Positions 1 to 24,700 of a stretch of 64,000 nucleotides of DNA are shown here, piece after piece (within the stretch, counting starts at the first letter, position 1; every line of letters begins with the position of its first letter). A program made the translations under genes and the position numbers. Origin of the DNA: the human T2T-CHM13v2.0 reference genome, Homo sapiens; the NCBI RefSeq assembly GCF_009914755.1, contig NC_060929.1. One strand, 5' to 3'. Under the pieces are notes generated by a model. It had not been told where the DNA came from, searched no databases, and was given only the letters and a program-made list of their open reading frames with translations.

Positions 1-836
<836 letters not shown>

Positions 837-837
837 C

Positions 838-4808
<3,971 letters not shown>

Positions 4809-6779
4809 TGCCTCTGGATTTTTGAAGTTGGTCCTTACAGCTCCCTGTGAGGTGAGAACTATTCCTGTTTTATAGATGAAGATACTGAGACCCAGAGTCG
4901 GAGTCAGTCCCCTAAGCAAGTCAGCAGGGCAGTGCGAGTCTCAAACTCAGGGCTCCAGACTCCATGTTGATATTCTTTCTGCTAGAGACAGGTGTCTTCA
5001 GGTAATTTGAGAACAGAAGTCCTTTTTGCTTCCCTTCCCCAACCCTGGGTTGCCACAAACGTGAGACTAAGGACAGGTTAGGGGAGGATGCAGATCCTAA
5101 AAACCAACTCCCAATAGTAACACCAGTGTTAATTTAACAGCGGACGTGTATTGACAGCTCACTTTGTGCTGGGCATGGTGCTTCTGTGTGCATGTGTGTG
5201 CAACCTCAGAATCCTCCTCAACACAGTGCTTCAGACAGCCACTGTCAGCCAATGGGAAAAGACACAGGCCTGAAGTTCAGATCAGCCCATGGTAGTGAGC
5301 ACCAGGCATGAGCCAGGCACTGGGGAGAACAAGGCCAGCATCTAGGAGGCAGATGTGAGACAACGGCGATAATGTAGGGGAACAGCTAGACTGTGGGGAC
5401 ACAGACATGGGGCCCCTGATGTCAAACTGAAGGGTTTGACAAGAAAGGTTTCTTGGAGGAAGTGATATTTCAGCTGAACTTCTCTTAGGGGTTCCCCAAA
5501 CCAGACTATGCCCCATCCTACCTCAAACCATCCATCCTCCAAGATGATGAGAGTTAGGGGTTCAAGAGGATTGAGCCAGGCAAAGAAGATAGGGTGGGAA
5601 GGAAGAGTTCCCAGTTCTAGGCTGGGAGAATAGCACCCCAGAGGCCTGAAGCAGGAAGGAGCCCAGCCTATCTGTGGAAGATGCTAAATGAGGCAGGGGG
5701 TGGAGTATAAGGGGGCAGAGAGAAGGGCAGGGGAGGGCATTCATTTAGGGCACTGCAGACCAGGAGAAGAGGTCTGGGCTCAACGTAGTGGCATGGGGGT
5801 CCACTGAGATAACTTCCCATCCCCCATCTCACATGTTACTTTCCTATCTCTAAGACCCTCTCACATCAGCCAGATTCACCCAATACTTCTTGGGAGTAGG
5901 TGGAGCAGGGGTCACCGTGGTCATTTTACGGATGAAGAAACTGAGTCTCAGAGGTTACAGTGCTGGTCTGCTTTGCCTGGCTGGTAAGAGGGGCAGTGGG
6001 CCTGGGTTCTGAGCCAAAGTTCTGGACCGTTCGCAGGACCATCAGTGTGGATTCTGAAGGATGGATGGTATGGAGTAGGGTAGGGCACAGTCTGGTTTGG
6101 GGAACCCCTAAGGGTGCAGAGGGAGGGTGAGGATCCCTGCCAAAGCTCCAGGCTGGAGGGGACTGCGTCCTCCTCCCTCCTGCAGTCCATCTCCAGTGGC
6201 CGGCTGGGGTGAGTCAGCCTGGATGAAGTCACCTACTTCCATGCAGACTGTGCCCCCTGACCTGGGAGGCGCCTGTCAGGGGCACCAGCCGAGACTGAGG
6301 ACAGGCTGGGCAGCACTCCAGGTCGCTGTGTGGCAGCTGATTTAGGGGGCTGGAAATGTCCAGAGCCATCAGAAGCAGCTGGGCGTCTGGGGCCTTGAGG
6401 CCCGTAAGTCATGCTGCTGCCTGCCGTTCCCTGCATTGCTGTGAAGCCTCACCGGGGACTGGGCTCATCAAAATCAGTTTATGCCAAAGGAAATTAATTT
6501 TTGCCTCTCTGAGATGGGGTGTGGGGAAGGGAGGTCAGCTCCAGAGGCAGGCCTGTAACAGCACTGCAGGGAGGGGTTGGATACTACAGTGTGCCCACGA
6601 TGGCACTGATCGAAGAGCCTCGGGGCTAGAGGGCCTGCCCATTCTACAGAGCGGGTGACTGAGGTTTCAAAGGAGCCTCCTAGTCTTTGGGACCAGAACC
6701 CAGATTTTGTTCTTTATTAATCTGTCTTTATTCATTTCTGTCCTCCTTCACTGCTTCTCTTCCTTCTTTCCCTCTCTAT

Positions 6780-7830
<1,051 letters not shown>

Positions 7831-8179
7831 GCCATTAGTTGCCACTGCTGATAGAATGAAGTCCACTGCCTTCCCTGGAGTCGCAGCCTTGCTCTTATCT
7901 GCTCAGGACCCACTTTCCCACCATCCTGTGCTCCACAGACTGAACAAACAGCCACTTCCATCTCCCTAAACGCTACACAGGTTCCCACCTGAGAACCTTT
8001 CTTTGCCTGTGCTGTTCCCTCCACCTAGAGTCCCCTCGCCTCTTCACATAAGCAAGGGGGTGCCCTTTATCTCTTATGCCCCCACAATTCTATTTGTGAG
8101 GCTCTATGGCCCCTTATCACACACATTTTGTGTGCCCAGGGATTGGAGGTGTGACAGACTGGTATTTAGGTCTAAATCT

Positions 8180-10853
<2,674 letters not shown>

Positions 10854-11122
10854 TAAAGGATGGTGAAATGTGTCCAACATAGTGGGTATCCAACCCGAGA
10901 GGGCAGATCTAAGGGTTCATCACATCTCTCTTCCCCACAGGACCAGTCCAGGGCTTTGTGGCTTGGAGCATATTTTTTTAGTTGAAGTTGAGGTTGATTT
11001 ACATTTCCAAGGATGTGGCCTGATTCAGTCCAGGCAGCCCTTGCACCCAGGTGGGGGAAAGGGAAATGACTTGAAGGTCCTTGGTGTTCATGAAATCTAT
11101 TATCATCATAATAACAATAATT

Positions 11123-11250
11123 AATTTTTTGTTTTGAAATGGGGTCTCACTGTGTTGCCCAGGCTGACCTTCAACTCCTAAGCTCAAGAGATCTTCCCAC
11201 CTCAACCTCCCCAGTAGCTGGGACTACAGTCCATGACACTGCACCCAGCT
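11123..11250 (-). mobile_element. Alu monomer (FLAM-like)
   Basis: Single antisense Alu arm flanked by the direct repeat CAATAATTAATT. Confidence 0.85.
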
Positions 11251-11326
11251 CAATAATTAATTGTTTTATATGGGCAACTGGCATTTTCTTCATTTTATAT
11301 GAAGCATTTTAGAAAACGTTGCTATT

Positions 11327-11352
11327 TTTATTGATCTGTATAACCTTTTATT
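11327..11352 (-). terminator. Candidate tandem polyadenylation signals (AATAAA x2) of a minus-strand transcript
   Basis: Plus-strand TTTATT at 11327-11332 and 11347-11352. Upstream UGUA motifs on the minus strand (plus TACA at 11357 and 11372). Lies in unique AT-rich sequence, not in a repeat tail. Confidence 0.45.
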
Positions 11353-11698
11353 TAAGTACAAACAGCGGTTATACACATAGCTTCAAGCAAGGCCCTCAGC
11401 TCCCTTTCAAATAGACTGCTACCTGAAGTCCTTACTGAATAGGAATTTGGGAGCTGCCTCTGTCCAGCCACACACATGCACATACACATGCACGTGCACA
11501 CATACACACACACACCCCCCCTCCATGAGGGTTGGGAAGACCTCAGCTCCTTTCATGGAGGTGTTGTCCTCAGTCACCTTCACAGATGACACCAGGTTTG
11601 AGTACCATTAACAGATGAGCTAACCCTTGGGTAGGCCGGGAAATATACACCTTGAAGTAGGAGATGGGACAGGGACTCCTCCTAAAGATCTGCAACCT

Positions 11699-12286
11699 GG
11701 CTGGACACCACGGCTCATGTCTGTAATCCCTGCACTTTGGGAGGCTGAGGTAGGTGGATCCCTTGAGTCCAGGAATTCAAGAACAACATGGTGAAACCCT
11801 GTCTCTACAAAATTAAAAAAAAAAAATTAGTCGCCTGTAATCCCAGCACTTTGGGAGGCTGAGAGGGGCAGATCACGAAGTCAGATTGAGACCCGTCCTG
11901 GCTAATATGGTGAAATTCTCTACTAAAAATACAAAAAATTAGCCGGGCATGGTGGTGTGTGCCTGTAATCCCAGCTGCTCGGGAGGCTGAGGCAGGAGAA
12001 TCACTTGAACCTGGGAGGCGGAGGTTTTAGTGAGCCGAGATCATGCCACTGCACTCCAGCCTGGGCAACAGAGAGAGACTCCATCTCCAAAAAAATAAAT
12101 AAATAAAGAATAAAATAAAAAAATAAAATAAATTAGCTGGGCATGGTGATGCAGGCCTATGGTCCCAGCTACTCCAGAGGCTGAGACAGATCACTTGAGC
12201 CTGGGAGGTTGAGGCTGCAATGAGCCATGATCGTGCCACTGCACTCCAGCCTAGGTGACGAAGTGACAAAATAAATAAATAAAAAA
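11699..12286 (+). mobile_element. Nested Alu (older Alu split by a younger Alu)
   Basis: Left arm ~11699-11830, inserted Alu ~11832-12130, right arm ~12130-12286. Confidence 0.92.
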
Positions 12287-13327
12287 TATTTGCAACATTT
12301 TTCTGCCCATTTTGTAGGGTGCTCACTCAGCCCAATTTCAGGGCTGGGAAGTCTGGACTGAAGTGCCAGGGGGGCCTATCCTGGGGCTATTTTTCTGGGT
12401 GTGGATATTGACAGCTTTAGAAGTGCAAGAGACAGTCAATGAGAGGCTGGAGCTTGGTTGTGTTTCCTGTTGGGGCCACAGCCAATGGAAGTAGGGCTTC
12501 TAGAGGAAGGGGCTCTGTCCAGAGGACAACACTGAAGTGTGAGCCCCGGCAGTCTGGCTGGTCCACCAAGTGCAGCTGCCCCTCTCCATCCACATCTCTC
12601 CACTGGCTGGGGTCTGAGCAGCAGTTTGGAAACCTTAGCTGGAAGCTAGAAAAACTAACCAGTTGGCTGGAAATTTGGGTATAAGAAGAGAACAATGGTG
12701 CTGCAGACCCGAAAACGACTCTCTCTTTTTGGTTCATGGTGCCTGAGAATCTCAAGAGACCCTTTGCCTGGAGGGACATGGAGACCTGGGAGCAGCTGGG
12801 CCTTCAGGTGTCCCTGTGGGCCTGGTAGTCTCTCCTTTTCTGCCTCCCCAGCTTCCCATAGCCCCAGGTACCCAGGGACAGCAGAGGCCTTGCAGCAAGT
12901 GGCAGAGCAGATGGTGTGTGGTGTGGGGAGGGGAGAGAGCTCCTTAGGCCTTTCTGGGCACCCCCTATCCCCTCCCACCTTGAGTAGTGGGAGTCCAGCC
13001 ATCCTTCTTATGTTTTTGGTTATTCGGTCAATAACCCATGAGCCAGGTGTTCTGCTAGAGGCTGTACTCCTGGGACCCAGAAAAAATATATCCCTATGGG
13101 AACCCTCAAGCAGGTCACCATCAGAAGAAGGGAGCCAAACCAGTGACACCTGATGGATTTAGGACTGGGGATGCTCACAACAAAGGCTCCTGATCTGGTT
13201 TGAGAGGCTGGGGAAGGCTGCCTGAAAGAAATGACTTGCTGGGTTCCAATGATAGCCCTGTGACCTTGGAAGAGTTATTTAACCTTGCTGTGCTTGACTT
13301 TCCTCATCTTTAAAATGGGCATAATAA

Positions 13328-14452
<1,125 letters not shown>

Positions 14453-14499
14453 TCAACCTGAGATGTGACTGTGTCCATGGCCCAGCCTTGCCCACTTAC

Positions 14500-14683
14500 C
14501 CCTTCCTCTGATGGTGCTGCGGCTCCCTGTGAGCCCACCCCAGGCTGGGCAGGGCGGTGTGGTGCTGGGGACCTCCCTGTGAGCATCTGGAACTCCCTGT
14601 TTGGTGGGGCAGCACAGAGGAGCAACTGGCTCAGCCCAGGGATCAGGAGGGCTTCTTGGGGAAGGTGCTCTCTGAACAATGTC
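14500..14683 (-). ncRNA. Candidate internal exon (184 nt) of a minus-strand lncRNA, partly L2-derived
   Basis: Minus-strand acceptor CTTTTCATTTTCCTTTAG| and donor GGG|GTAAGT. No transcript evidence is available here. Confidence 0.3.
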
Positions 14684-15943
14684 CTAAAGGAAAATGAAAA
14701 GTTCTCCAGAGAAGGGGAGGGGAGGGAGGTCCCAGGCAGAGGGAACAAGCTGTGCAAATATTGGGAGGGAGAGAGATCCTGACTCAGGAGAAATAAGACC
14801 CCGGTAGAGTTCAAACTCTGGGCTTGGGAGCCTTCTTCCGGCAGGTTTTATCCTGAGGCCTGAGTTTCTCCCCGCTTGCCCTCTGGCCCAAGCACTGGTA
14901 GTGGCCTAAGAGGTTTAAGTCCAGTCTTGCTCTGGGGCCAGCCCAGGAGCTGGGGGTAGGGGCGCCAGTTGCCCAGGTCCCTCCCTCCCACTTCAGAGCT
15001 GGGAGTGTTTGGCAAAGCAACAATGCCGCCTTTGTGTCCCTCTGTGGGTCCAGGCACGTCTAGCCCAGCCTAGGCGGCTGCTGGTTTCAGTGCCCTATGA
15101 TCCCAGCCTGGCGGTGCAGGGCAGTGCAGGCAGGGTGCACTTCCTCAGGGCCCTGTGGCTGCCTCATGTCCCTTGCACCCCCATGGGGTTCCCCAGGTGG
15201 GAAAGCCTGTGCCACGGAGTACATGGGCATGTGTGGGGCTGGCGGTGTGGGCCCAGAGCGGGTAGTGGTGAGTGGGGGTTTGCACAGAGGCTGGAGGGGG
15301 ACATCCAAAGGCTCCTGTGTGCCACAGCATGCACCCGAGGGGTATCCCGGGGTGAGTCCGTGAGTGTGCATTTGGGTGAGGACGTGATTCTGGGTGTGAG
15401 GGGTCTTGCTTGAGCGCTTGAGCACATGAGCAGCCCCTAGCCTGCTCAGAACAGAGCACTGCTGTCTCTGCTGCGCCAACAACGAGGCCTCTCTGTCTCA
15501 GCGCATAATGTCCCCTCTGTATTGTCTGCTGCATCGCTGTGGTGACGATAATTTTAAGGCCCAAATCCTTTTCGTGGGTGAGGGTGAGGGTTGGGTTGGG
15601 GGTAGGGCAGGGTGGAAGCCTTCTGGGGAGGGTGGGAGCTCGGGGGCTGGGTTTCAGCTCTACGTGTGTGGTGGTCTGTTGTGTGTTTGGGGCCTTCCCC
15701 TACATACAACCCCTACAGGGGCAGCAGAGAGAAGTCAGGGACTCCCAGAAGCCTCTGCCAGAACCCCTTGCCCTGAAGTCATGTGGTCCCTGCCCTGCTC
15801 CAAGTCCTTCTCCCTCACCCTTGCCCACCCCAGACTTCAAAGGCACTCTCTCTCTGGGAGCCCCTTTTGGTCCCTGCCTGCCTCTGCTGATCCAGGCTTT
15901 CTGCAGGCCTATCCCTGTCTTTCCCACCCTGGAACCACTAGAC

Positions 15944-19027
<3,084 letters not shown>

Positions 19028-19999
19028 CACTTGTTGTTCTGTCTCTTCTGCTCTCAGTGGTGATGGGCCGTGTCTTTCATATTTTGCTGATTAGGACACT
19101 GGGGTCCAGCAGAGCCCCACATGGGTCCTCATCTCTCATTCCAGGACTGAAGTGAGAATTTTTTTCCTGGCAGTGACTGGGGAGGTTTCTTGTGGGGGGA
19201 GGGGTGGCATTGATTTTGATGGATGGAGAGGCCACCAAAAGTGGAGGCTGGGAATGCACCATTGGTGGAGGAAACAGCATTGGTGAAGGCCTGGAGAAAA
19301 AAGCTCTGAATGGGGTCAGATAACTAGGGCCCTTGAATGCCAGTGCCAGGGCAGTGGGCACCGCAGAGCAGTGACCAGAGATGGGAAGCAATGGATGAGA
19401 TGTGCCAGGAACAGGGAGCGCCAGAGAGGAGGGCCTTTGTCCTTCACCAGGAGGCCTTCCCAAGCCGGCTGGCCTCAGGGCTGTGTTCTCAGGGCTGGGT
19501 TGATGTGTGGCCACTGAGATGAACTTACCCTTCCTGACTGACCATGATTGGCAGAGGGTGGTCTGCTGCCCAGAACTCCCTGCTGAAAAGTGTCTCCGCA
19601 CCTGCACTGACTGACACTCAGCCTCTCTTTCCCTTTGTATTGGCTTTTATGGTGACAGTGAGTAGCCTCATCCAGTTTCTTATGCCATGCGTGAGTGTGA
19701 GGGTGACCTGGGCAGAGGTGGCTGCTGAGGGGAGAGATTGGTAGTGACATGTCAATGTGATTAGAGGTGAGGGTCCTGACCTTTTTACCACAAAAAAACC
19801 TGCTTGTTGCAGGCACTGATGCCTCGGCCAAGTCCTGTAAAAGTGGGGGTTGCAGAGCTGACCCCGACACACCCCCACCCTGGGCCCGGCCTGCCCTCTT
19901 CCTCTTCCGATGGCCCTGTGTCCCTACCCCAACCTGTCCCTGAGCTGCTGGTCTGGTATGGGGAGACAGACCTCAGCTTCGGTGCAAGACTGGCCTCAT

Positions 20000-20300
20000 A
20001 CCTCCTGCTGTGCACATCTGTGCTCCTGAGCTATGTACCTGGGCTGGGTTGTGCCACACACGTGTTAGCAGCCATGCTGTGTGACTATATGGATACACCC
20101 TGCGCTGGGTGCACATGGTGCGCTCTGCATCACAGACATTGTGAGCTTGTGTACCTTGCCGTGCACACTAAATTGCGTCTGTTTGTTTCTGTGCCTTCAG
20201 TTGGGTGGTGTATGTTTGTGTGTATATGCTTTGTATATCTTTACAGGGTGTGAGTGTCACTGTGGTGGGTGGTGTTTTTGTGTGCTGGTTTGTCAGTGTG
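20000..20300 (+). repeat. Degenerate TG-rich low-complexity block
   Basis: Dense TGTG/GTGT words without a perfect period. Similar blocks at ~23655-23845 and ~24480-24725. Confidence 0.7.
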
Positions 20301-21489
20301 TATCTTGGCCCAGCCCCAGAAGGCCAGCTGAGGTGTGGTGGGGGGTGGGGTGTCGGACTGTGCTGGGGTAGGGAGCCCACAGCCAGGAGGCCTGACTGGG
20401 AATAGACATGTCCTCACCTGCCCAGAAAGTGTCCCAAGCCCTCAAAGAGCCCTTGTCCAGCTTCACCACCCCTGGCCAGTCAGGGTGGGTGGCTGGAGAA
20501 GGGGGCATGAGGGAACCAAAACAACCTCAGCCCAACTCCCACACTTGGCTGGCACCCAGGCCTATTATGGGGTCCCCGTGCCCATGGCCCGCCCCCTAAG
20601 GCCCCAAGCACTTTGCATTGTGGGGCTTGGGGAGGGGCCTAGAGACAAGACTCTGTTTGGCTCTTGTGACCAACTTCAGCTCCTAGTGGGCCACCAAGGC
20701 AGAGCTGGCCCCAGGCCTTTTTGAGGGTGGGGCTGCTGGGAGGACTAGCTCCATGGAGCCAGGGCTGATGCTCATCTTATTACCTGTGTCATTCATTTAG
20801 CAAATACACATTGAGCACCCACTGTGTTCCAGGCCCTGCTTTAGGTGCTGGGAATATAGCAGTCACTCATTGAATTAGGGGTAAGGAGAGGTTATACTGC
20901 TGCTGTGCATTTACAGATGAAGAAACAGGTCCTGGGAGGTGAAGTGATTTGCCCAAAGTCATAACAAAGCTGGGATTTGAAACCAGGCCTGTCTCATGCA
21001 AGAGGTCTCCTCCTCCTGCATTTGTCCATCCTGACTTCGGTAGTCACAATTATAGCCGAATGCCCACTGAGCTAGGACCAGCTAGCTGGCTAGCCCCGTG
21101 CCCTGGGCTACAGGTTGATGCAGGAGAGTGGGCACAATGAAATAGCTCCTAGAAAGGCAAGTTGCCTGGAGTAGGCACAGGGGTGGTAAGGTGGAGGATT
21201 GAGGGGTGGGGAAGGAGCAGAGGGAGGCTGTGTCTGTCTCCAGGGTGCACTGGGACCCAAGGGAACGCCTTCTCTCCTGCTGTGTGATCTGGGATGGCCC
21301 CTGCTTCACTCTGAGCCTTAGCTTCCTCATCTGTAAAGTGGGCACAGTAACTGCCCTCTCCCAGTGGTACCATGCTCATGGCATGATGCCTGGCACACAG
21401 TAGGGCAGCTGGGAGGATGGGGCAGAGCTGCAAGTGGGCAGGGCCTCCCCAGGGCTCTGCTCAGCCTCAGGAAATGGGTAGGGGGTAGG

Positions 21490-21720
21490 GAGGAGGAGGC
21501 GCAGATGTGCGCTTGTCTCACACGAGCAGCCGCATTTAGCCACCGAGTCGGGACTGAAATATTCCTGAGGGAGAAGAACCCTGAGGCTTCAGGGCGGCAA
21601 CGGCTCGTCAGTGGGGAGCGGGGAAGGGATGTTGTCACCATCTGCCTCGTGTCTGTCTGCGACTAAAATAATACTGGGGTGAGACTCGCCGCAGGCACGG
21701 GCCCAGCCGCAAGGTTCCCC
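21490..21720. promoter_or_regulatory. Small CpG-enriched unique element (candidate enhancer)
   Basis: Local excess of CpG relative to the flanks, E-boxes CAGATG and CATCTG, no repeat similarity recognised. Confidence 0.35.
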
Positions 21721-24700
21721 AGAAGAGGGAGGGGCTGGGGGTGCTGGAAACCTTGTGGGGAGCAGTGGCAGAGAGAGGTCTGCTGGGGGCAGCTCTTGGC
21801 CAAGGCTGGGCCCTGGTCCTGCCCCCTTCCTGAGGGGCCACAAGAACCCATGGGGGTGGTGTGTGCATAGGCATGGATACCTTCCTGGGGGGATCAGCCC
21901 TGGGAGTGCAGGACTGGACACCCCCCAGACCCGGCTGGGGTCTGCTTCAGAGGGGAGACCAAGCGTGTGCTGAGATCCCTGCAAAGCAGGGGCAACAGCA
22001 GAAACAAAGCAAGAGACAGACAAATTGCCTGATTCAGCTTCCATGAGTTTATCCAGAATATTGAAACCAGAAAACGTAGCAAGAAGCTATTTTAATTTCA
22101 GCCGACGTATAAGTTTTGGGTCTATGGTTTACTGTGGTTTTTATTTTGAATCAAATATGGAGGATGTTCCATAATTCCCTCGGGGCTCTGGGCTCTGGGG
22201 ACTGAGTGTCTGCCTTTCTCTACTGGGCACAGTAGTCACATGCCAGCTGCCTCTAGGAGTTGGCACCCCTGGGCCTGGGCAGGTGCCCCTTCAGGTCAGG
22301 GACATGGTTTGGAACCTCATGCTTTGCTTCTGGATGAAGCCATTACATTCTGATCTTTTGCTATGGTTCTCATCAGATATGGCTAGTGGGGTATTTTTGT
22401 TTTTGCAGAGAGAACAGACCCATGACCTCAGTGGTTTATTTTAACTGCAGATGCACCCAAAATGCTGGTTGCTTTGTGCTGACATGGTTACAGGGCTGTC
22501 AGTTTAGCAGGCAACATGCAAGCACCTACTATGTGCAGACCCTGAGCTGGGGCAGGCTGGGCCCGCCCTCAGCATACAAGGTAGAGAAGCCAGCAAGACC
22601 ATAGGAGATCAGCCACCTGGGTGCCAAGGAGGGCGGTGGGGAGCAGCAAGGGGGTGTTGGATGTGGCAGGAGTCCACAGCTGTCATCCTGGAGAAAGTGG
22701 CAGAAGCACTCACCCTTGAAAAGCAGACAACAGCAAAGGACAGTAAGGAGTATGCCCTAGGCAGAGAGTACGTGTGTGTGCAGACCACCACTTTGTGGCT
22801 CTCTCTCTTTGTGGCAAGGGTATTCGCATCACAATTTAGGTGCAATGTGGAGCCCTTCTTACAGACCAGACCCAAGCTAACTGGCTTAGGTGTGTTTTCC
22901 CGGTTAGTCCTCACCAACATCCCATAAGGCCAGTACACTTAGTGCCCATCTTATAGATAAGGAAACTGAGGCTCAGAGAGGTTTAGCAACTTGGGTAAGA
23001 GGCAGAGGTATGGCCCCAGGCTACTCCGTGCTGCCTCTGCACAATGCCCTCATTTGGCAGGCAGCAACTGAGCACCTACTATGTGCAGGCCCTAAGCCAG
23101 GTGCTTCCTGGATTCAGGCCCTGGCATCACATTCCAGAGTGTCCTCAGATGGCTGGCATCTCTCATTGTCATCTGGGCACGATGATCAGAGGAAGCTCTC
23201 TCCAGGGTATATGTGGGTATGGGGGAGAGGAGTGTGGGTGGGAGCCTGGAGGCCCCTGCTTGATAGCTGTGAGTTCTCCCTCATGAAAGCCTCAGTTTCT
23301 TCACCTGTAAAACGGGGCCGTGATGCCTGCTGTGCAGGCCCATGTGACAACGTGCCTTGAAAGCGTGTGGGAAAAGTGCTTTGTGTGTTCAGTGAGCCCT
23401 CAAACTGGGCTGACTCTCCTCAAACCACCAGGAGCGAGCTTCCCGGAACAATCTAGCCACCAGCCTTTCCCTGCAGCTGACAGGCTGCGGTCACCACCGC
23501 CACCACCACCCTGAATTATTCAAGACCCTCCAGGCCTCAGTGGCAGCCCTTCCCCTCTCCCTGTGCAACCAGGCTGTCAACACCAGACTCTAGGCCTCTG
23601 CCAGTGATCTATGGACCTCAGGGCCCCCGAGCTTCAGCCTGCTCAGGTAGGGCCATGAGTGTGATAGGGCGAGGTGTGACTGAGCATGAGAGTGACAGTG
23701 AGCATGTGAGAGCAGGAGGGGGTGACAGTGTGAGTGCGTGTGTGAGTGTGGCTGTGAACGTGCATGAGGATGTGTGCAGGTGAGCATCTACATGAGTGCA
23801 GGTGTGAGTGTGCCACATTGTGTGTGAATGAGTGTGTGAGTGTATCTGGAGCCTGGGCTCTCCTTAGCTGCGGGGGAGCCGGGCTCAGGGAGGAGCTCCC
23901 TCTGGCTCAAGAGAATACAGTGATCTGAGAGCCAAATTCCAGCCTGGAGTGGGAGGGGGTCAGCTCACCTTTGCTTCTACAGTCCCTTAAGGGCTGGTTG
24001 GAGTGGGGAAAAAGCAGAGAAGCAGCAGTTTAGGAAAAAAGGTATGTAGTGGTTGGATCATGAAGAGGACTTGGAGTCTGTGGCCCTGTGGGGGCTCAGA
24101 ACACTGTCAGATTATTTCGGTATGTGTCATTTCCCGGCAAGCTGAGACCCTCAGAAGAGAAGCAGTTGCCTCCCCTTGGTCCCTTTCCTCCTCCTGGGCC
24201 TAGGAGAGCTGCGAGCCCCTGTGGGCAAGAGGTGAGGACTGTTCTCTTGGATCTGTGGCCAGGTGGAAGCTCTCCAAAGTCTTGGGGGATGGGGAGGGTA
24301 TGGAGGCTCACCAGCACCTTGCTGGAGGGCCCTCACCCATAGGCAGGAAGGACAGAGCAGACGTCTCTCTGGTACCCACTCCTACCAACGCACTGACCCT
24401 GGAGGGTTACTGCTTCGTGTGGGGTAAGATGGAGAACCTGGGAGGTTGGAAGCTGGTGAGATTTAGGAACTGGGAGCCTGCAGTGTGTGGAGGTTGTGGG
24501 GGTGGAATGTGTGTTTGGTGTGAGTGCTGGGGTCTGCGTGTTGGTGTGAGGAGGTGAGAGGCTGTCTGAGTTTGCCTTTGTATCTGTAAGATTGTATGTT
24601 TCAATCCCTGTAGGTGTGACTGTTTATGTCTTTTTGTGAGTGAGGACCTGTCTGTGTGATCACATGAGTGTGTACGATCTGTATTTGAGAGTGCATGTGT

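Noticed and set aside
12417-13153. Overlapping 120-164 aa ORFs in unique sequence, considered as a processed pseudogene or Gag-like gene
   Set aside because: No recognisable domain or motif, ORFs on both strands, and no poly-A/TSD bracket. Better explained as non-coding exon sequence.
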